Shown here: positions 56,671 to 64,000 of the stretch, piece after piece
Position numbering within the stretch: the first letter of the stretch is position 1
Layout: every line of letters begins with the position of its first letter
Assembly (NCBI GenBank): GCA_002269645.1
Contig: NIVC01000268.1
Coordinates: 310,001 to 374,000, forward strand
DNA length: 64,000 nt
From: Macrostomum lignano
Lineage: Eukaryota
Direction of reading: 5' to 3'
Notes under the pieces: generated by a model
Told to the model about the DNA's origin: nothing
The model's database searches: none
Seen by the model: only the letters and a program-made list of their open reading frames with translations
Translations under genes and position numbers: made by a program

Positions 56671-58146
56671 CAAATTTCAAGAACAAATCCCTTTATAAAT
56701 AACGAAAAGCCAGGAACTTGCGCCCTATCCTACTAAAAGAGTAAAGCAAAAAGGAGATGCATGTACATGTAAGAATTAACTCAGGTGCGATTAGATGGCA
56801 CAAGGAAGTTTCCTAGAATAAAAAAATGATTGACTACTAAATATTCATCACTACATGTACATTCCAATTCTACATGTATTTATTTAGATATTGCAATCAT
56901 GGCAGATTGGATGACATTAAATTGCATTTATGAAGGACTACTTAAATTATTTAGCAAAAAACTACAATTGATCGTAGCTGTCCTTGGTATATAATGTAGT
57001 GTACATGTACATGTTTAAAAGTGTATAGCACTAAAAACAGAATCAAAACAAGACCGAAGAAAGAAATCCATCAATCTCAAAACAATGGTCTAACTCAGTC
57101 AAGCATTACTCATCACATCATGCGTAACGTTTCTAGTCCGCTGTCGGCCAACCAGTCAGTCGCCCTTGAATCGGTTCATTAGCTAACTGAGATCTAGCTT
57201 TTTTAAATTAAGTAAACAGATACCCTGCTTTTCTGCGATAGATCGAGAAACACTATTGTTAAAAAGCTAACAGGTAAAAAATTAAGTCTATTATTAAAAC
57301 ATTTCATAGAAAACTTCGATGCATCACCGTAAAAAATATTTTTTAGGCAAATTTAAAAAAACGGTCAAACGGTTCTTGAAAGATCAATTACAGACAAAAA
57401 TTAGTATATAGATTAAAATAGCTACATGTACTTTAAAATATAAGAAAATTTGTTGAATGTGTTATAATAAGTAAATACGCACCAAAATAAACAATCAATT
57501 TTCTTAAAAATTTACGTGCAGAATTCTATAGATTCGAAACCTTCCAGAGTTCAAATATTAGAAGTAGCTAGCGATCCTGAATTTCCGGGCTGACAACCGA
57601 TAAAAATTAATAAATTATAAGTTGAACATAATATTTTATATTATATATTTTACTCTATAGCTTTGAAATTCGTGACTTGTGGCAGTCAACATCAACATAT
57701 AATGGGCATACGAGAGCAATAGGCTTTCATGTTGTTGATTCTAAATCAAAATTAGTTTGAGAATTTTTATTCTTTTGGCTTGTCTTTTTTCAGATAAACT
57801 TGAGTGATTATAAATGTTTGTTAGAATATCCTTTCTAAACTAGTCTTTGCCATTAACTCTTATTTATAAAAAATATAACTTATTGCAGTCCCCTTGTCCC
57901 TTGAGAGATCTTTTAAGATATTTTTCAAATGAAAGCATGCTATCAGTTTAAACTGTTTATTACTTTTTAGCTGCTGATGTGATTTAGCAAGGTTGTCAAT
58001 GGTAAATTGTAGCCTTATGAGCATTTTTAACGGTGTTCATAAGTACATAAGTCAATGGTATAAAATAAAAAATTCTATATGAACATGTATTTGAGATTTA
58101 AATAATTCCAACCTAGTTGTCTATGGAATATTTCAGTCAGTTCGCG

Positions 58147-59992
58147 ATGCTTTATCCAATAGCAAATAATTTTCAACTTGGCTTTGAAAGCTCAGAAGCT
58201 GACCAAATCCGACTAGCAGCTGTGGGACTATCTAACTTCCTCGCAGCTCCATCACCTTTGATTCAATGTGAAGAATTGTCCAGTGTGATTGGTCAAACAG
58301 TGCTGCTCAAGCTTGAACACACTTTACCCAGTGGATCATTCAAGATTCGTGGTGCATTTAATAAGATCAGCAGTGTGTTGAAGACCGCTGACCAGGATCA
58401 GGTAAAACTTAAAACATTTTGCTAATAACTTTAGCATTGAAAATTAAATTAGATGGACTATCTACCATGCTTTAAAAGTCTGCAGATCTCAATTGAGCTA
58501 GGCCACTTTTTATGCAAATTGCATCACTGGTATACAAAGTTTTTAGTTTATATATAGCACATTATAGCACAGTTTATACTATAAACAAGTATGTTTTTGT
58601 CTATTAAAGCTATTAAAAAAGACTTCATTTTCTTCGTAAATGGCCCAACAATGGGGTTTGTACCCTGTGGAACAGTAGTGCATGTTTTTACCCTTAAGAT
58701 GGATTTTACCATTGACAAAACGTAATGGAAACATCTGGTTAGAGTAAACAGCCAAGAGATAAGAATTCGGCCCATCATTACTAGATTTGCACATTAGTTC
58801 TGTATGTGTATGTTTTGATCTCTACAAAATGAAATAATAACAAACGTCACGTGGGCATTCTAATTTCTGCGAGCAGAAACCGCAGTTTGTTACCAGTAGC
58901 GCTGGCAACCACGTGCTCGCCTGCTGTCACGTGTGGCAGCAGCTGGGGGTGTCGGGCAGCGCGGTTTTCGTCCCTACCACGGTGGCCCCGGCCAAGGAGG
59001 CCAAACTCACCCGGCTGCACCAGGCTGGTCTCATTCGGCTCAGCAAAGTCGGCCGCGAGTGCCTGGAAACCGAGCTGGCAGGTCGCGAGTTCGCTCTCCG
59101 CTGCCCGGGCTCAGTGTACGTGCCGCCCTACTCGGACTGGGAGGTCATCCGAGGTCAGGGCTCGGCCGCATTCGAGCTGTTCCCAGATCCGACCGGGACC
59201 GGCTGGGCCGGGCAGCTGTCCGCCAACTCCGATTGGCTGGCGGCTGGTCACGTGACTCTTCTTGTGCCGACGGGCGGCGGCGGCCTATTGGCTGGCGTGG
59301 CTCTGTGCGCCAAGCTGGGCCGGAGCGGCCTGCGGACGACTGTGATTGGCTGCCAGCCCGAGGCGGACCAGGTGCTGGCCAAGTCTGTGCAGGTATGCCT
59401 TATCTTAATTTGCTTATCAATAATTAGCAGGATTCAAATAGTAAAGGTTGCCTCAGATCCAAACAAGTTTCTATTGGCTGAGAGCGAGTCACGTGATAAT
59501 TGTTTCATCCAATAGCAAAGCAGCTTGTAAGTGCTGCCAAAAGAGACAGAACTGTAGCGGATGGCACCGTGGTTGTAAAACACACAAATTAAGAATTCTT
59601 AGTGAGGTAATTACCTGATAATTACATTTATTATCGAGGCCGGTCGCCTTCTAAGCTACGACGAGGCCGGTTCGCGCGAGACGGTGGCACAGGGCACGGC
59701 CGGCGCTGTGGAAGACGGCTCGCCGACTTTTGAAGTTTGCCGCCAGCACGTGGACCGCTGGTGCTCGGTGACGGAGCAGGAGATCGCCCGGGCCTGCCTG
59801 CGACTCAACAAAATTTTAGCGGCCGAAGGGCAACCGAGAGCGGAGCCAGCGGCCGCCTTGGGAGTCGCTGCAGCCCTGAAGCTGGCAGGGTCGCTGCCTG
59901 CGGGGCCCGTCGTAGCCTTCGTGACGGGCGGCAACGTGGGTGACGCCGAGATGGAGCTGGTGAAGAAGCTGGCTGATGAGGAAGACTTGTAA
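58147..59992 (+). CDS. PLP-dependent serine/threonine dehydratase family enzyme (fold type II), 3 exons, about 374 aa
   Basis: Exons 58147-58401, 58877(or 58886)-59392, 59639-59992. Motifs LKLEHTLPSGSFKIRGA, TSSAGNH, GQGSAAFEL, VPTGGGGLLAG, AEPAAA, FVTGGN. No ACT domain. Confidence 0.88.
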
Positions 59993-60819
59993 TTGAGTTG
60001 ACTCAATATTTACAGTTTTTTAATCGTCACTAAAAACTTTTACTCAATAATTTCTTGTGGACAGCCGAAGTCAAAGATCGCCGCACTCGCAACTAAAGCA
60101 AATTTTGCTATAAGCATGAAGCATGGCGCTAAATTTCGACATGCGCCACAAAGTCGCTGGGAATCTCTCTATAAAAATTCACTAAGGATGCAGGAGGAGC
60201 GCTTTTTGACGGCAATCGTCAATGCGATGATTAGCTCAGCCAGTTCTTTTTGTCGTGTTATTTAAATATATAAGCTCCAAACTTCTTCCACTAAGCCATG
60301 CTTTTCAGTGTAATTCCTATTTAGATTTCAGTATTGATTTTATAAATTATTTTTATCAACACAGCGCCTTGGTGACGGTCACCAACAATTTTATTACAAT
60401 AGTATTCGAATCGCTATAATTTAGATTTTTTGGTCATTTTTTATTCACAATACTGTATACAGATTAAAAGTGCGCACTGCTCTTTTTTACTAATTTTTCT
60501 TAAAATTTGGAACTTTGGAATTTTGAATAATAAGTCGACATTTTTTTAAATTGCGCAAAATTATAAATTAATTTTTTTAAATTATTATTTAAATTATATT
60601 TTATTTATGTGCAAATTCGTTACATACTACTGGAAATGGTGCAAACTATGTAGCTGTATTGCGTTGGAGTTATTTTTCTCTTAAAAACTAAGGAAATTGT
60701 AGTAATACGTGTATGAACTAACATACCGAGAACACGCGAGTTACATATTATTAATACAAATTCTAAACAAAAGTGTGTCAAAAAACCCTAATTAATCATG
60801 TTAAATGCACTAATATGTA

Positions 60820-61535
60820 CAGTCTACGCTGAAGTAGGTCACATTCTAATGTATATTATACAGTTTAATCTGCAGTGAGTCACATCCTAATGTATATTAT
60901 ACAGTTTAATCTGCAGTGAGTCACATCCTAATGTATATTATACAGTTTAATCTGCAGCAAGTCACATCCTAATGTATAATGTACAGTTTAATCTGCAGTG
61001 AGTCACATCCTAATGTATAATGTACAGTTTAATCTGCAGTGAGTCACATCCTAATGTATATTATACAGTTTAATCTGCAGCAAGTCACATCCTAATGTAT
61101 AATGTACAGTTTAATCTGCAGTGAGTCACATCCTAATGTATATTATACAGTTTAATCTGCAGCAAGTCACATCCTAATGTATAATGTACAGTTTAATCTG
61201 CAGTGAGTCACATCCTAATGTATATTATACAGTTTAATCTGCAGCAAGTCACATCCTAATGTATAATGTACAGTTTAATCTTCAGTGAGTCACATCCTAA
61301 TGTATATTATACAGTTTAATCTGCAGTGAGTCACATCCTAATGCATCATGTACAGTATAACAGTAGAATCTGCAGTGAGTCACATCCTAATGTATAATGT
61401 ACAGTTTAATCTTCAGTGAGTCACATCCTAATGCATCATGTACAGTATAACAGTAGAATCTGCAGTGAGTCACATCCTAATGTATAATGTACAGTTTAAT
61501 CTGCAGTGAGTCACATCCTAATGCATCATGTACAG
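60820..61535. repeat. 41-bp minisatellite between the dehydratase paralogs
   Basis: gcagtgagtcacatcctaatgtatattatacagtttaatct units. Confidence 0.97.
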
Positions 61536-61845
61536 TCTAAAGTTTATTAAGGGCCTAATTTTCATATTGCTTGTTCTGGTTCTAGAACCAGATCGAATTT
61601 GTAAAGTATAACTTTTTCTCTCCTTAACTAGAGGGATGTACGTGCTTTAAAGTTGTAATTATTGAATTGCAATTGCCAAGAAGAAAGTGAAAAATGTGCA
61701 ACGTGAGGCTGTTAAGGCAGTCAAACATTCAACAAAGTTAAATTAAAGTTATACTGCTTTTTTTCTCGGAAGATCCGAACCGATTCTGGTTCTGGAATCG
61801 GTAATGTGAAAAGCCTTTAAAAGAGATGAATATCAGTCCCGCTCC

Positions 61846-62208
61846 ATGATAGTATCTACAATAGTTTCGAAACAGATGCAACAATCAAATACTGCCATTG
61901 CTTTTGACCAAAACTTCAGCGGCCAGCCTGCCATGCTGCAGTATCCACTCAGCTGTGACGTTGCCAAGTTCTTAGAAAGTTCATCCGAGGCCGACAAAAT
62001 TCGCTTAGCCGCCGTGAAATTCTCCAGCTTCCTTGGAGCTCCATCGCCTTTATTGGCTTGTCCACCTGAGTTCGAGCTTGCGAACAACGATGCCAATGGC
62101 CGTCTACTGCTCAAGCTTGAGCACACTTTGCCAACTGGTTCGTTTAAAGTTAGAGGTGCATTCAACAAAATTAGTAGCACAATGCAAAATGCTACTGCTG
62201 ACGGCCAG
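61846..62208 (+). CDS. Exon 1 of a tandem Ser/Thr dehydratase paralog; the rest is not seen in the window
   Basis: SSEADKIRLAAV..APSPL and LKLEHTLPTGSFKVRGAFNKISS, ending at CAG|GTGAGT at the same position and phase as paralog 1. The start Met is uncertain. Confidence 0.8.
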
Positions 62209-62362
62209 GTGAGTGCCTTTAGCGACCACCTAGGTAATCTTACTGCGAAGACTCAATTTATTGCATGCTCAAAATAGAACCTGTGAGAGTTGCTCGGATT
62301 CACGCTTATTATAAAATACAAATAGGAACAAAAAGCAACTTAGGTCAACCGAGAAATAAAAA

Positions 62363-62925
62363 CTAGAAACCGGGACCGACCACTGCACCGGCTGTGGGCA
62401 GTACAACTCGGCTCGGATGATATGGCCTTGGCCTGCCCGCTGGGACGGGACACGCCGGTGCGGCGATAGAGTGCCGCATTGGTAACTCGCTCGTAGGCTC
62501 GAAAATTGCTGCCTCGATGTCGTCCGGCACGCAGAGCACGACAGTCCTCTGCGTGTTGAACACCAGGCCGATGCTCACCGCAACGCTCACCAGCCGGTCC
62601 AGCTGGCGCTGGGCGCCCTCGACGGTCGAGGACAGCAGGGCGAGATCGTCAGCGTAGTCAAGCACGCACGGTTGGCGATGACCCACGCGTCGCTGCAGCA
62701 GGAAGCCGTCGTCGTTAGAAGGAAGAGCCGTCCGCAGCACCCAGTCAAGCACCAGAACGAACAGAAACGGCGCAAGCATATCTCCCTGAAGCAACCCAGA
62801 AAATGTCTGAAAGAAATCCTACAGGCCTTCCAATGTTAGCACAGCAGCGCTCGTGTCGTGATTCTGCGCTTTGATGGCGGAAACCAGCTGCTCTGGCACG
62901 TTGCACGCACGAAGCACCATTTACT
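62363..62925 (-). mobile_element. RTE-like non-LTR retrotransposon RT fragment
   Basis: VLRACNVPEQLV, GLLQGDMLAPFLFVLVLDWVLR, LDYADDLALLS, GLVFN. Confidence 0.85.
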
Positions 62926-63379
62926 GTTTAAGATCATCATGAAGTGAAATGGAGCTCAGAACTATTTTAACAGCCTTAATGCTGCAAAGAAAACTACTCA
63001 GAAATTGCTGTCGATAATACATGTAAGTTGTGATAATTTATTTTCAGGTTACACTGAAATTCTCACAACAATTTTCAACAAAATCTGTTTGAAAACTATA
63101 AAAGCAGTTCAACTGTGCGGAACCGACAATGGTATGCAATGAAAGCTACTTTGAAATTTCTTGGGCCTGCAGATAGCCATGTCTGAAGCAAAATGATAGC
63201 AAATTTTGCTGCGGCGTTCAAAGCCATAAGCGCTTCTTCTGTACCTGGGTTTACAGGAATCAGCACTGCTATCAGCACTGTGTCTAAAGTCTGTCGCTGC
63301 GAGTTGCAAATTAACCTGCTAAAACTATTTAATGCATACTAAGCAACATTGAAAGCTGTCGCCACTCTATGCACCAGCA

Positions 63380-63830
63380 GTGAGCACTTTCTCTTGGTCT
63401 ATTCTGAAATTCCGTCCAACTCTTGCACACCGCTTCCCCTGCACTTCATTCCTCAACTCAAGTCTGCCGCGTGGCGTGGCTGAGTTGCGTCACTCGCAAA
63501 GAGACAGAATCTTCTGTTGTGGCGAACTTTCGATGTTGCTGGGAATTATCGTTTTCTTTTGTTTTCTTTTCTGTAGAATGATCAACTGTCTTTCGTCCTT
63601 CACGAATGGTTTCCTTCATCGCAAAGTCGAAAGCACTAGCTGGTGTCGTAAAAAAATTTGGATCTTTTCGGGAGAAGTCCTTTTTTAGACTACACGTGAC
63701 ATAGTGCTGCAGCATGGCAAACATGCCTTTCAGACTTGACACGCTGTACATGCTCCCAACCGGTTTGCTCACTTCGAAAAAGAATCGCCCCAGAAGATAG
63801 TTCCAATCGCCTTAACTCCATTCTTTGATC
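63380..63830 (-). pseudogene. Probable Crypton-type tyrosine recombinase (DUF3504-like) relic
   Basis: NYLLGRFFFEVSKPVGSMYSVSSLKGMFAMLQHYV..DPNF..FDFAMKE..REG..H, then PRGRLELRN in a shifted frame. Recognised by eye only. Confidence 0.5.
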
Positions 63831-64000
63831 GGTTTGAGAACAAGAAGTCCTTAGTTTTCTTTGCACTGTATCTGTTTAAATCGGCCTTGCGTGTCTCATT
63901 TCATTACATGGTAGTCATAGAAGACTAAAATTCACGAATTCTTTAGCCCTTTCATCCGCTGTTAAAAGCTGCCACATGAAAACTATTTGAACATTTTATT

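Noticed and set aside
61573-61801. Short inverted gaaccaga motifs upstream of dehydratase 2 as a MITE
   Set aside because: The match is imperfect and I found no TSD.

Overview
Animal (eukaryotic) genomic DNA with spliced genes and dense transposon content. The intronic minisatellites and overall style suggest a free-living flatworm such as Macrostomum, but that is inference only. Positions 1-17.8 kb are a retroelement cluster: a decayed BEL/Pao 3' half apparently inserted in a LOA-type LINE (RT+RNase H); a minus-strand gag+protease-only LTR element whose two ends share only about 80 bp; and an intact Gmr1-like gypsy element (PR-INT-RT-RH order, identical 156-bp LTRs, 5-bp TSD). Next is a 12-exon ATP9-type P4-ATPase gene (1106 aa by my splice reconstruction). 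Almost every intron carries its own minisatellite, and the introns also hold two non-autonomous TIR elements and a 385-bp LTR-PBS remnant with TSD. The rest holds a 4-exon COQ6, two tRNA-derived SINE copies, a head-to-head pair of intronless 7TM paralogs (one frameshifted), a decayed second LOA-type LINE, two tandem PLP-dependent Ser/Thr dehydratase genes (the second incomplete in the window), an RTE-like fragment and a probable Crypton relic. The most unusual signals are the two LTR elements with asymmetric ends, the intact Gmr1-like element, and the one-satellite-per-intron pattern. All family calls are by motif recognition; no searches were run.
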